The notes beneath the pieces are model-generated. The model worked only from the letters and a program-made list of their open reading frames with translations. It did not search any database and was not told the DNA's origin. Below, one piece after another: positions 1 through 8,566 of a stretch of DNA of 32,225 nt. This DNA comes from an uncultured Arcobacter sp. (lineage in GTDB: Bacteria > Campylobacterota > Campylobacteria > Campylobacterales > Arcobacteraceae): contig CAJXII010000001.1 in NCBI GenBank assembly GCA_913054415.1, forward strand, positions 1 to 32,225. The letters run 5' to 3'. Within the stretch, counting starts at the first letter, position 1. The number at the start of each line of letters is the position of its first letter. Made by a program: the position numbers and the translations under genes.

Positions 1-2
1 TT

Positions 3-149
3 GCAATTGCTATGCAAACATTTATAGCAATTTTAGATGAAATAGCACAAATAGAAGAAGTTGTCAATAGAAACGAGGATTTTACTGCAATAATCGGTAC
101 ATTAAGGGATATTACTCAAAGATTACTTGGTTTTAGGTGCGAAAGTTAA
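3..149 (+). CDS. 3' end of an unidentified CDS entering from upstream of the window (48 codons + TAA)
   Basis: Only open frame across the left edge (frame 3: AIAMQTFIAILDEIAQIEEVVNRNEDFTAIIGTLRDITQRLLGFRCES*). No recognisable motif. Confidence 0.35.
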   Translation, partial: AIAMQTFIAILDEIAQIEEVVNRNEDFTAIIGTLRDITQRLLGFRCES

Positions 150-235
150 GATATCAAAATTTACTTGAAATTTAAAACATTTTATATGATTATTAGATAT
201 AATATAGCAAATTAAACAATAACAAGAGAGATAAT

Positions 236-2047
236 ATGTGTGGTATAGTAGGTTATATTGGAGAGCAAGAACCAACCAAGATTTTATTGGATGGCCTAAA
301 AGAGCTAGAATATAGAGGATATGATAGTGCTGGTATTGCTATTTTTCAAAATAGAAAGTTTGCTAATTTTAAAGCAATAGGTAAAATTGTCAATTTAGAA
401 GAGAAAATAAAAAAATCAAATTTTTCAACAGATGCAAATAAACCATCAGTAGGTATTGGTCATACAAGATGGGCAACACATGGTAAACCAACAGAGTTAA
501 ATGCTCACCCACATCTTGGGCAATACTCTTATGTTGTGCATAATGGTATCATAGAAAATTATAAAGAGTTAAAAGAGGATCTAATTAAAAAAGGACATAA
601 GTTCGTATCTCAAACAGATACTGAAGTTATAGTTCATCTTTTTGAATATTTTTTCAACAAAGATAAAAATGCTACAAAAGCTTTTAAAGATACTATTGAA
701 AAGCTAAAAGGTGCCTACTCTATCCTTCTTATAACTCAAAGTGAACCAAATACAATATTTTTTATAAAACATGGTTCCCCTTTAGCTGTAGCAAAAGGTC
801 TTAATTCCGAAGAGATATTATTTGCTTCATCTGATGCTCCACTAATAGGTATAGCAAAAGATGTAGCTTATTTAGAAGATGGTGTTTATGGAGTTGCTAA
901 ACCTGATGGAGTTGTATTTAATACTGATGTAAATTGGACTACACTTCCAAGCTCAAAACAATCAGCTCAAAAAGATGGTTTTAGATATTTTATGGAAAAA
1001 GAGATATATGAGCAAAAAGATGTAGTAACAGATACTATGATAGGCAGAATGGATGATGAGCATATTATTTTTGATGAGCTAGATGATAAGATTTTAGATG
1101 GGATCAATGAGATTAAAATCTGTGCTTGTGGGACAAGTTATCATGCTGCACTTAGTGCTTCTTATCTTTTTGAAAGAGTAGCAAAAATCAGATGTAATGT
1201 AGAGATAGCTAGTGAATTTAGATATAAACAACCACTTTTAACTAAAGATATTTTATTTGTCGTTATTAGTCAAAGTGGAGAAACAGCAGATACACTAGAA
1301 GCTTTAAAAATGGCAAAAAAAGCATCTTTAAAAACACTTACAGTTTGTAATGTAGATAACTCATCTATGACAAGAACTGCTGATTTTACAATACTTACAA
1401 GAGCAGGTATAGAAAAAGGTGTAGCTAGCACCAAAGCATTTTCTACACAAACAGTAGTTTTATGGATGTTATCATTATATTTTGCTCAACTTAAAAAAAA
1501 TATTCCGCAAAAAGAGATTGCCAAAAATATAGATATTTTAAGAACTATTCCAAATAGTTTAAAAGTGGAAGATTCTTTACATGAAAAATGTAGAAGATTG
1601 AGCAAAAGATATCTTCACGGACATGGTTTTTTCTTTATTGGTAGAGATATTTTCTTCCCATTGGCACTAGAGGGTGCTTTAAAACTAAAAGAGATAAGTT
1701 ATCTACATGCTGAAGGTTATCCAGCAGGGGAGATGAAACATGGACCAATAGCTTTAGCTGATCCTGAACTATTTACTATAGCACTTATGCCAGAACATCT
1801 ATATTATGACAAAATCAAATCAAATGTAGAGGAATTAAGTGCAAGAGATAGCACTATTTGTGCTATAAGTCCATTAGATTTTGAACTTGCTGATGATTTT
1901 ATTAAAGTGGAAAAAACAAAACATTATATGAATGAATTTTTTGAGATGTTAGTTGTATTACAACTATTTTCTATGGAGGTATCTATAAGATTAGGAAATG
2001 ATGTAGATATGCCAAGAAATTTAGCAAAAAGTGTGACTGTTGAATAG
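236..2047 (+). CDS. glmS: glutamine--fructose-6-phosphate aminotransferase (isomerizing)
   Basis: 603 aa starting MCGIVGY (N-terminal Cys nucleophile of class II amidotransferases). Two SIS-type halves (CGTSYHA; SQSGETADT). C-terminal KSVTVE is typical of GlmS. Confidence 0.97.
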   Translation: MCGIVGYIGEQEPTKILLDGLKELEYRGYDSAGIAIFQNRKFANFKAIGKIVNLEEKIKKSNFSTDANKPSVGIGHTRWATHGKPTELNAHPHLGQYSYVVHNGIIENYKELKEDLIKKGHKFVSQTDTEVIVHLFEYFFNKDKNATKAFKDTIEKLKGAYSILLITQSEPNTIFFIKHGSPLAVAKGLNSEEILFASSDAPLIGIAKDVAYLEDGVYGVAKPDGVVFNTDVNWTTLPSSKQSAQKDGFRYFMEKEIYEQKDVVTDTMIGRMDDEHIIFDELDDKILDGINEIKICACGTSYHAALSASYLFERVAKIRCNVEIASEFRYKQPLLTKDILFVVISQSGETADTLEALKMAKKASLKTLTVCNVDNSSMTRTADFTILTRAGIEKGVASTKAFSTQTVVLWMLSLYFAQLKKNIPQKEIAKNIDILRTIPNSLKVEDSLHEKCRRLSKRYLHGHGFFFIGRDIFFPLALEGALKLKEISYLHAEGYPAGEMKHGPIALADPELFTIALMPEHLYYDKIKSNVEELSARDSTICAISPLDFELADDFIKVEKTKHYMNEFFEMLVVLQLFSMEVSIRLGNDVDMPRNLAKSVTVE

Positions 2048-2224
2048 ATGAAACATCTCAAAGGTTTAGGTAAACGATACTTTTCACTAGCAATAATTGC
2101 TATGTATTCTACTATTCATAAACTATGCAATGTAGATGTAAAGTATCAATACCATATAAAAGCATTTGAATATGATAGAAAAAATAATTCGCCACCATTG
2201 GTGCTATTACAACAATCATATTAA
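2048..2224 (+). CDS. possible small protein (58 aa), function unknown
   Basis: ORF below the track cut-off: MKHLKGLGKRYFSLAIIAMYSTIHKLCNVDVKYQYHIKAFEYDRKNNSPPLVLLQQSY. Its ATG directly abuts the glmS TAG (TAGATG). It has one weakly hydrophobic segment, no SD and no motif, so it may be non-coding spacer. Confidence 0.2.
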   Translation: MKHLKGLGKRYFSLAIIAMYSTIHKLCNVDVKYQYHIKAFEYDRKNNSPPLVLLQQSY

Positions 2225-2248
2225 AAAATAAAACAAAAAGGAAAAATT

Positions 2249-2932
2249 ATGCATATAGAAGCAGGAGTAGTAAGCGGAGCAAAAATGCTCTTAAGTTATG
2301 GAACAGCGGCAGGTGTTTTAGGTGCAACAGCAAAATTAGCTATAGAAAATATTAAACAATACGGAGTAATATCTCTTGTATTAAAAAGTATTATAGCTAC
2401 AATAATTGTATTTTGTTGTTTTGAAGTATTACCACACTATCCAATAGGCATCAGTGAAGTTCATCTAATACTTGGAACAACAATATTTTTAGTATTTGGA
2501 ATAGCACCAGCAGCTATTGGATTAGCAACAGGTCTTTTAGTGCAAGGTTTATTTTTTGCACAATTTGATCTTCCACAATATGGTATCAATGTGACAACAC
2601 TTTTAGCTAGTATGTTGGTTTTACACTATGCGGCTAAAAAGATTATCCCACAAAATATAGCATATAAAGATATTAGCTATACTCAAATGTTAAAAATGTC
2701 TATCGTTTGGGAAGGTTCTATTGTATCTTGGGTTGCTTTTTGGGCATTGTATGGACAAGGTTTTGGAGCTGAAAATTTACATGAAATATGGACATTTGGT
2801 GTAGCATATATGAGTGTTGTTATCCTTGAACCACTTGTAGATTTAGCTGTATTAGCTGGAGTAAAGGCATTTAATAGTGGTAAATGTAATATATTCTTTG
2901 ATAAAAGATTAAATAACTGCAAAGCTATATAG
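2249..2932 (+). CDS. CbiM/NikM-like metal (Co/Ni) transporter membrane component, solitary
   Basis: 227 aa, polytopic membrane protein. The Met-His N-terminus (MHIEAGVV), SEVHLILGT and LLVQGLFFAQFDLPQYGINV resemble the metal-capture component of ECF Co/Ni importers. Strong RBS (AAAAGGAAAAATT-ATG) and a TAG-ATG junction to cbiK. CDS is confident; function is moderate. Confidence 0.6.
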   Translation: MHIEAGVVSGAKMLLSYGTAAGVLGATAKLAIENIKQYGVISLVLKSIIATIIVFCCFEVLPHYPIGISEVHLILGTTIFLVFGIAPAAIGLATGLLVQGLFFAQFDLPQYGINVTTLLASMLVLHYAAKKIIPQNIAYKDISYTQMLKMSIVWEGSIVSWVAFWALYGQGFGAENLHEIWTFGVAYMSVVILEPLVDLAVLAGVKAFNSGKCNIFFDKRLNNCKAI

Positions 2933-3748
2933 ATGAAACGATATAGACACTATAAACAAGACAAGGCTATTGTGTTGTCTTGTTTTGGATCAATTATCGA
3001 TCAAGACAAATATCTTGATCTAAAGAAATTAGTTGAAGAAAATTTTGAGCAATATGAAGTATTTTTGTCATTTAGTTCAAGAATGGTGATCAAAAAATTA
3101 GCACAAGATGGTGTAATTTATAAAAATTTACCACAAACTTTGGCTGACATTGATATGCTAGGATATAGAAATATTATAGTTGTATCTGTTAATTTATTTC
3201 CAACTGATGAGCATCAAGTTATCAAAAATATTGTCAAAGGGTTTAAAAAATTTAGCCCTGCTAATATTAGATATACAAATGCAATATTAACTAAAACAAA
3301 AGATACTACACTATTTCTAAAAGATTTAGATCAAAAAGTTACACAAGAAAATGTAGCAAATCTATATATAATACATGGAACTCCAGCATTAGAATTAGGT
3401 GGAATTGAATCTATTACTTATAGTGCAAATTTTTTAGAATTTATCTCTGATACAAACTATACTTGCTCTCTTGAAGGTGCTTTTGCTTATTATGCTACTA
3501 AAGATAGGCTAATTCAAAAAATGCAACAAGATAAAATCAAAAATCTTCAAATTATCCCTATGTTGTTAGTAAGTGGTAATCACTATATTAAAGATATGGT
3601 AGAGATAACCAATGAACTAAATGAGTATTTTACTACATCAATAGTTCCAACACAAACGAAAGCACAAAGATTTAATCTAATAGAGTTAGAAACTACACAA
3701 AATATTATATTAAATAATATCAAAGAAGAGATTATAAAACTTGGATAA
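2933..3748 (+). CDS. cbiK: sirohydrochlorin cobaltochelatase (CbiK-type class II chelatase)
   Basis: 271 aa. AIVLSCFGS, FLSFSSRMVIKKL, YIIHGTP and LLVSGNHYIKDM align by eye with Salmonella CbiK (recalled from memory), including both metal-ligand His positions. No signal peptide. Confidence 0.72.
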   Translation: MKRYRHYKQDKAIVLSCFGSIIDQDKYLDLKKLVEENFEQYEVFLSFSSRMVIKKLAQDGVIYKNLPQTLADIDMLGYRNIIVVSVNLFPTDEHQVIKNIVKGFKKFSPANIRYTNAILTKTKDTTLFLKDLDQKVTQENVANLYIIHGTPALELGGIESITYSANFLEFISDTNYTCSLEGAFAYYATKDRLIQKMQQDKIKNLQIIPMLLVSGNHYIKDMVEITNELNEYFTTSIVPTQTKAQRFNLIELETTQNIILNNIKEEIIKLG

Positions 3749-4412
3749 GAAACTATATATGGTCTCTTTGGGGCCAGGTGATATAGATCTTATCACTGTA
3801 AAAGCACTAGAGGCTCTTAAAAATAGTGATGCTATTTGTGTACCAACAAAAAGTGATGACCATAGTTTTAAAAAATCTATGACATATAAAATTATTAAAC
3901 AACTTATGGAAAAACACAATTTTGATAAACCAATAGTTGCCGTTTATTCCCCTATGCATTTTAAAAAAGAGGATTGGCAATCCCAAGTGAATATAATACA
4001 AAATACACTTCAAACAAATCATATAGTATCATTTGTTACTTTAGGTGATGCAGCTGTTTATAGCACTGTATATTATCTACTTAATATTATCAAACAACAA
4101 GATAAAAGACTGTATGATAATAGTGAAGTTATAGCTGGTATCACTTCATTTTCAAATGCAAGTGCAAGGGTTAAAAAACCACTTTGCGTAGGAGATAGTG
4201 GATTTAGCGTTGTTCCTCTTTTAGGATATGATGTAGACAATACTACAGTTTATATGCGACCAAAAATTGGGATGGATACTAATATTATAGATCAAAAAGG
4301 TGATATTTATACTTTTGAGGATCTTAACTATAAAAATGAAAAAATTAGCTCATATAAAATATCTAAGACAAATAGATATATGAGTTTGTTTATAGATTTT
4401 TTTAAATTCTAA
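3741..4412 (+). CDS. cbiL: cobalt-precorrin-2 / precorrin-2 C20-methyltransferase (CbiL/CobI-like)
   Basis: 223 aa. TTG start overlaps the cbiK stop by 8 nt (alternative ATG at 3759). LYMVSLGPGDIDLITVKALEALKNSDAICVP, SPM, VSFVTLGDAAVYST and IAGITSFS match the tetrapyrrole methylase fold with the CbiL pattern. Confidence 0.72.
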   Translation: MDKKLYMVSLGPGDIDLITVKALEALKNSDAICVPTKSDDHSFKKSMTYKIIKQLMEKHNFDKPIVAVYSPMHFKKEDWQSQVNIIQNTLQTNHIVSFVTLGDAAVYSTVYYLLNIIKQQDKRLYDNSEVIAGITSFSNASARVKKPLCVGDSGFSVVPLLGYDVDNTTVYMRPKIGMDTNIIDQKGDIYTFEDLNYKNEKISSYKISKTNRYMSLFIDFFKF

Positions 4413-4489
4413 ACCCCTTTTATATATCATAAGGAAAATTTCAACTAAATTTAGATAAAATCTCAATCCTTTTAATAAGGTAACTCACA

Positions 4490-4538
4490 TGTAGCAATTC
4501 TAAAAAGGGTTGCAGATTTATATCTGTGAATGGCTACA
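4490..4538 (+). promoter_or_regulatory. nested stem-loop in the rpsB-tsf 5' leader
   Basis: Outer stem TGTAGC (4490-4495) pairs with GCTACA (4533-4538). It encloses TTGCAGAT (4510-4517), loop TTAT, ATCTGTGA (4522-4529): 8 bp including 2 G-U. The structure lies 55 nt upstream of the rpsB ATG. Confidence 0.3.
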
Positions 4539-4592
4539 GAGGAATACAAACCCCAAAATAATCTGTCTATAAAGACAAAAGAAGGAACAATT

Positions 4593-5405
4593 ATGGTTAC
4601 AATGAAAGACCTACTAGAATGTGGTGTTCACTTTGGACATCAAACAAGAAGATGGAACCCAAAAATGAAAAAATTCATTTTCGGTGTAAGAAAAAATATC
4701 TATATTATAGATCTACAAAAAACACTTAGATACTTCAGATACACTTACAATGTAGTAAGAGATATGGCAGCTGAAGGTAAAACAATGATTTTTGTTGGAA
4801 CTAAAAAACAAGCAAGTCAAGCGGTAAAAGATGCAGCTATATCTTGTGGTATGCCTTATGTAAATCACAGATGGCTAGGTGGTATGCTTACAAACTACCC
4901 TACTATGAAAAAATCTATCAGAAAACTTGAGATTATCAAAAAGATGAGAGAAGAGGGGCAATTAGACCTACTTACTAAAAAAGAAGCTTTAATGCTTACT
5001 AGAAAAGAATCAAAACTTGAAGATTATCTAGGTGGAATAAAAGATATGAAACAACTACCTGATATGATGTTTGTAATAGATGCAGTTAAAGAAAAAATTG
5101 CTATATTAGAAGCTAAAAGATTAGGAATTACAGTAATTGCACCACTTGATACAAACTGTGATCCTGATTTAGTTGATTATCCAATTCCAGGTAATGATGA
5201 TGCTATTAGATCTGTTCAATTATTTTGTTCAGAGATGGCAGCAGCTATGAATGAAGGTAAAGCAGCACTTGCTGAAGAGGAAGGTGTTGAAGTAGAAGCA
5301 TCTGAAGTAAGTGAAGAGGAAGTTGCACAAGTTGTTGAAGAAGCTGTTGCTGAAGAATCTGATGCAGTTGAAGCAGAAGCAACTGAAGAAACTAAGGAGG
5401 CGTAA
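4593..5405 (+). CDS. rpsB: 30S ribosomal protein S2
   Basis: [22 protein letters not shown] is the S2 signature. Start placed at ATG 4593 (GAAGGA 6 nt upstream) rather than the track start 4530. Acidic E/A/V-rich C-terminal tail. Confidence 0.95.
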   Translation: MVTMKDLLECGVHFGHQTRRWNPKMKKFIFGVRKNIYIIDLQKTLRYFRYTYNVVRDMAAEGKTMIFVGTKKQASQAVKDAAISCGMPYVNHRWLGGMLTNYPTMKKSIRKLEIIKKMREEGQLDLLTKKEALMLTRKESKLEDYLGGIKDMKQLPDMMFVIDAVKEKIAILEAKRLGITVIAPLDTNCDPDLVDYPIPGNDDAIRSVQLFCSEMAAAMNEGKAALAEEEGVEVEASEVSEEEVAQVVEEAVAEESDAVEAEATEETKEA

Positions 5406-6458
5406 ATGGCAGGTGCAACTCCAAAACTAATCAAAGAGTTAAGAGCAAAATCTGGTGCAGGGATGCTTGATTGTAAAAAAGCTTTAAATGAGTGTGATGG
5501 TGATATAGATAAATCTATGGCATATTTAAGAGAATCTGGTTTAGCAAAAGCAGCTAAAAAAGCTGGAAATGTTGCTGCTGAAGGTTTGATTAGTATGAAA
5601 ATCAATGATGATTTCACAAAAGCTACAATGGCTGAGATCAATGCTCAAACTGACTTTGTTGCTAAAAATGATAACTTTATCGCTTTAACAAAAGAGATTA
5701 CAGAGCATATTGATACAACAGGTGTTTCAACTACTGAAGAGTTATTAACTACTACTATTAATGGAACAAATTTTGAAGAGTATCTTAATAACAATATAGC
5801 TACTATTGGTGAAAATATAGTTGCAAGAAGAATGATCACAGTTGCTACAGACAAAGGTGTAGTAAATGGTTATGTTCATGCAAACAAAAGAGTGGGAGTT
5901 CTTTTAGCTGCAACTTGTGATGAAAGTGCAAAAGAGAAAGCAGTAGCACTACTAAAAAATATCGGTATGCATGCAGCTGCTATGAAACCAACAGTTATTA
6001 GCTATACAGATTTAGATCCTGCATTTGTAGAATCTGAAAATAAAGCTATTATTGCTGATATTGAGAAAGAGAATGAAGAGTTAAGAAGATTAGGTAAGCA
6101 TGAAAAAAATATACCTGAATATGTTTCTATGTCTCAATTATCTGATGAAGTAATAGAAGCAGCAAAAGAAAAAATGAGAGCTGAGCTATTAGCAGAAGGT
6201 AAACCTGAAAAAATTATCGATAATATTTTAAAAGGTAAGATTGCTAGATGGATTGAAGATAATACACAATTAGATTCAACTCATGCACTTTTAACACAAA
6301 AATATGTATTAGATGATAAAAAAACAGTAGCACAAGCTATTGCAGATACTGATTCTTCTATTACTTTAGTTGAATATGTAAGATTTGAACTAGGTGATGG
6401 TATCGAGAAAAAAGAGGAAGATTTTGCAGCTGAAGTAGCAGCACAAATGGCAAAATAG
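5406..6458 (+). CDS. tsf: translation elongation factor Ts
   Basis: 350 aa. N-terminal LIKELRAKSGAGMLDCKKAL is the EF-Ts signature. TAA-ATG junction with rpsB. Confidence 0.97.
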   Translation: MAGATPKLIKELRAKSGAGMLDCKKALNECDGDIDKSMAYLRESGLAKAAKKAGNVAAEGLISMKINDDFTKATMAEINAQTDFVAKNDNFIALTKEITEHIDTTGVSTTEELLTTTINGTNFEEYLNNNIATIGENIVARRMITVATDKGVVNGYVHANKRVGVLLAATCDESAKEKAVALLKNIGMHAAAMKPTVISYTDLDPAFVESENKAIIADIEKENEELRRLGKHEKNIPEYVSMSQLSDEVIEAAKEKMRAELLAEGKPEKIIDNILKGKIARWIEDNTQLDSTHALLTQKYVLDDKKTVAQAIADTDSSITLVEYVRFELGDGIEKKEEDFAAEVAAQMAK

Positions 6459-6472
6459 ATATAAAATGAAGA

Positions 6473-7156
6473 GTGAAAATGAATAACCTAACTTCAGATC
6501 ACTCTTCAGATATCTTATTAGAAGCACATAATATTAGTCATCACTTTGACTATGATCTATTTGATAATATCAACTTAACACTACACAAAAATCAATCTAT
6601 TGCTATTATGGGATCAAGTGGTAGCGGTAAATCTACACTATTAAATATATTGTGTTCATTACTTACTCCTATTAGTGGAGAGGTTATTTTCAATGACCAG
6701 AATATATTTAATCTATCACAAAAAGAGATTTTAAATATCAGAAGAGATTTTTTTGGTATCATTTTTCAATCACACTATCTTTTTAGAGGCTTTAATGCTA
6801 TGGAAAATTTAGAGATAGCTAGTTTGCTTACAGATGAACCAATAGATCATAATATCTTAAAAGCACTAAAAATTGACCATGTTATGACTCAAGGTATAGG
6901 GGAACTAAGTGGTGGGCAACAACAAAGATTATCTTGTGCTAGAGTTCTTACAAAAAAACCAGATATTATTTTTGCTGATGAACCAACAGGAAATCTTGAT
7001 AGCACAACTGCTTTTGAACTTATGGATGTATTGTTTGATTATATACAGAAAAATGATGCGGGTATGATTTTAGTAACTCATGAAGAAAAAATTGCTCAAA
7101 AATGTGATATAATATATGAACTAATTGACAATAAACTAATAAAGAAAGAGTTATGA
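6473..7156 (+). CDS. ABC transporter ATP-binding protein (LolD/FtsE/MacB-type), no permease adjacent
   Basis: Walker A GSSGSGKST, signature LSGGQQQR, Walker B IIFADEPT, H-loop VTHE. GTG start at 6473 (alternative ATG 6479). Confidence 0.9.
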   Translation: MKMNNLTSDHSSDILLEAHNISHHFDYDLFDNINLTLHKNQSIAIMGSSGSGKSTLLNILCSLLTPISGEVIFNDQNIFNLSQKEILNIRRDFFGIIFQSHYLFRGFNAMENLEIASLLTDEPIDHNILKALKIDHVMTQGIGELSGGQQQRLSCARVLTKKPDIIFADEPTGNLDSTTAFELMDVLFDYIQKNDAGMILVTHEEKIAQKCDIIYELIDNKLIKKEL

Positions 7157-7935
7157 ATCTATTACTATTAACTAAAACTGCTATTATTAAACAGATTTTT
7201 AATCTAGTTTCACATAAATTAGATATCAAAATCACAATATCTACTGATACTCAATACAATAGTGTAGATTATGATTTAGTAGTTGTAGATGATGAACTAT
7301 ATAATGAAGAGTTATCAAAAGGTGATACAAATAGATTTATTATCATATCAAAAGATGTAGATTATTATAAACCAAAAGCTGATCTTGTTATACAAAAACC
7401 ATTTTTACCATCTTCACTATTAACTATATTAACCAAACAAATCAATCAAATCACAACAAATATAGATAGTATCAAAGATAATACTACAACTTCAATAGAT
7501 GATGAAGAATCTCAACAATCTATAGATTATATACAAACATTAGCAGATGATATATCAAATGAGATAACTAATGAAACAGATGAGAGTATTGTCCCTAGTT
7601 CATTTGTAACAAATGGTGGGATTTTGGACACAAATGAACTAAGCAATATCCAAAATATATTAGATGATACATCTTCAATACAACCTCAAACAAATGCTAC
7701 CAATCAAAATCAAGATGATAATGAAGATGATTGGCACGATCTAGCACAAATCATAGACCAAGCTATAGATGAAGTAAATAGTTACCACTATGAATCAAAA
7801 AAACCTATTAAACTTATACTAAATAAATACTCTATCAATGAACTTTCTCCACTACTTAATAAACTTGATCAAAACATTATAGATGCTTTAACAAATAGCG
7901 AAGAGATAGAGTTACAACTAAAAATGGAGTTATAA
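7153..7935 (+). CDS. highly acidic low-complexity protein with receiver-like N-terminal region
   Basis: 260 aa. ATGA overlap with the ATPase gene and TAATG overlap with gmk. N-terminal ~100 aa shows a beta-alpha pattern: NLLLLT, DLVVVDD, FIIISKD, VIQKPF. The rest is D/E/N/Q/S/T/I-rich. Confidence 0.8.
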   Translation: MNLLLLTKTAIIKQIFNLVSHKLDIKITISTDTQYNSVDYDLVVVDDELYNEELSKGDTNRFIIISKDVDYYKPKADLVIQKPFLPSSLLTILTKQINQITTNIDSIKDNTTTSIDDEESQQSIDYIQTLADDISNEITNETDESIVPSSFVTNGGILDTNELSNIQNILDDTSSIQPQTNATNQNQDDNEDDWHDLAQIIDQAIDEVNSYHYESKKPIKLILNKYSINELSPLLNKLDQNIIDALTNSEEIELQLKMEL

Positions 7936-8561
7936 TGAAAAAGATATTAAATAAAGGTGCAATCTTACTACTTTCAGGACCTAGTGGGTGTGGGAAAAGC
8001 TCTTTATTAAAAAATCTATATAAAAATATAGATAACTACTATTTCTCAATATCTACAACTACAAGATCTCCAAGAGATGGTGAGCAACATGGAAAAGAGT
8101 ATTATTTTGTAACAAAAGAGGAGTTTGAAGAGGATATCAAAAAAGATAATTTTCTTGAGTGGGCAAAAGTTCATGATAACTACTATGGAACATCTTTAAA
8201 ACCTATTGTTAAAGCTTTGGAAGAATCAAAACTTGTAATCTTTGATATCGATGTACAAGGGTTTAAAATAGTAAAAGAAAAGCTTGATTATCTTACCACT
8301 TCTGTATTTATTACTACTGCAACTTTAAATGAGTTAGAAAGTAGATTAATCAATCGTGCAACTGATTCTGAAGAAACTATAAAAGTTCGTTTAGAAAATG
8401 CTTCACAAGAACTACAAGATCTAAATCTATACGATTATCTAATAGTAAATGATAATTTGCAAACTGCATCTAACAATCTTCTAAATATCGCTAATATTGC
8501 AAAACTAAAAACATCTACAATAGATATTAAGAGTTTTTTACAAATATGGGATAGGCAATAA
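7935..8561 (+). CDS. gmk: guanylate kinase
   Basis: P-loop GPSGCGKSS and the STTTRSPRDGEQHGKEYYFV signature. Confidence 0.95.
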   Translation: MKKILNKGAILLLSGPSGCGKSSLLKNLYKNIDNYYFSISTTTRSPRDGEQHGKEYYFVTKEEFEEDIKKDNFLEWAKVHDNYYGTSLKPIVKALEESKLVIFDIDVQGFKIVKEKLDYLTTSVFITTATLNELESRLINRATDSEETIKVRLENASQELQDLNLYDYLIVNDNLQTASNNLLNIANIAKLKTSTIDIKSFLQIWDRQ

Positions 8562-8566
8562 CTAAT

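Noticed and set aside
150-235. Possible glmS ribozyme upstream of glmS
   Set aside because: The leader is only 86 nt and almost entirely A/T, with no GC-rich pseudoknot core. The glmS ribozyme is essentially a Gram-positive feature. The region reads as an ordinary promoter (TATAAT-like at about 205-212).
2048-2248. Possible cobalamin riboswitch upstream of the CbiM-like/cbiK/cbiL genes
   Set aside because: I looked for the conserved core (GCCACTG B12 box, GGGAA and GGTGAAA-type segments). Only a loose GCCACCA at about 2191 is present. The region is too AT-rich to form the multi-helix junction. A cmsearch with the cobalamin model would settle it.
4530-4592. Longer rpsB N-terminus from the track ([21 protein letters not shown]...)
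   Set aside because: The extension has no S2 homology. ATG 4593 has a GAAGGA SD at ideal spacing and gives the canonical S2 N-terminus. ATG 4530 lies inside a leader hairpin.
5216-5641. 141-aa minus-strand ORF across the rpsB/tsf junction
   Set aside because: It is antisense to two certain genes. Its A/S/T-rich low-complexity translation is the expected shadow of the E/A-rich S2 tail. No RBS.
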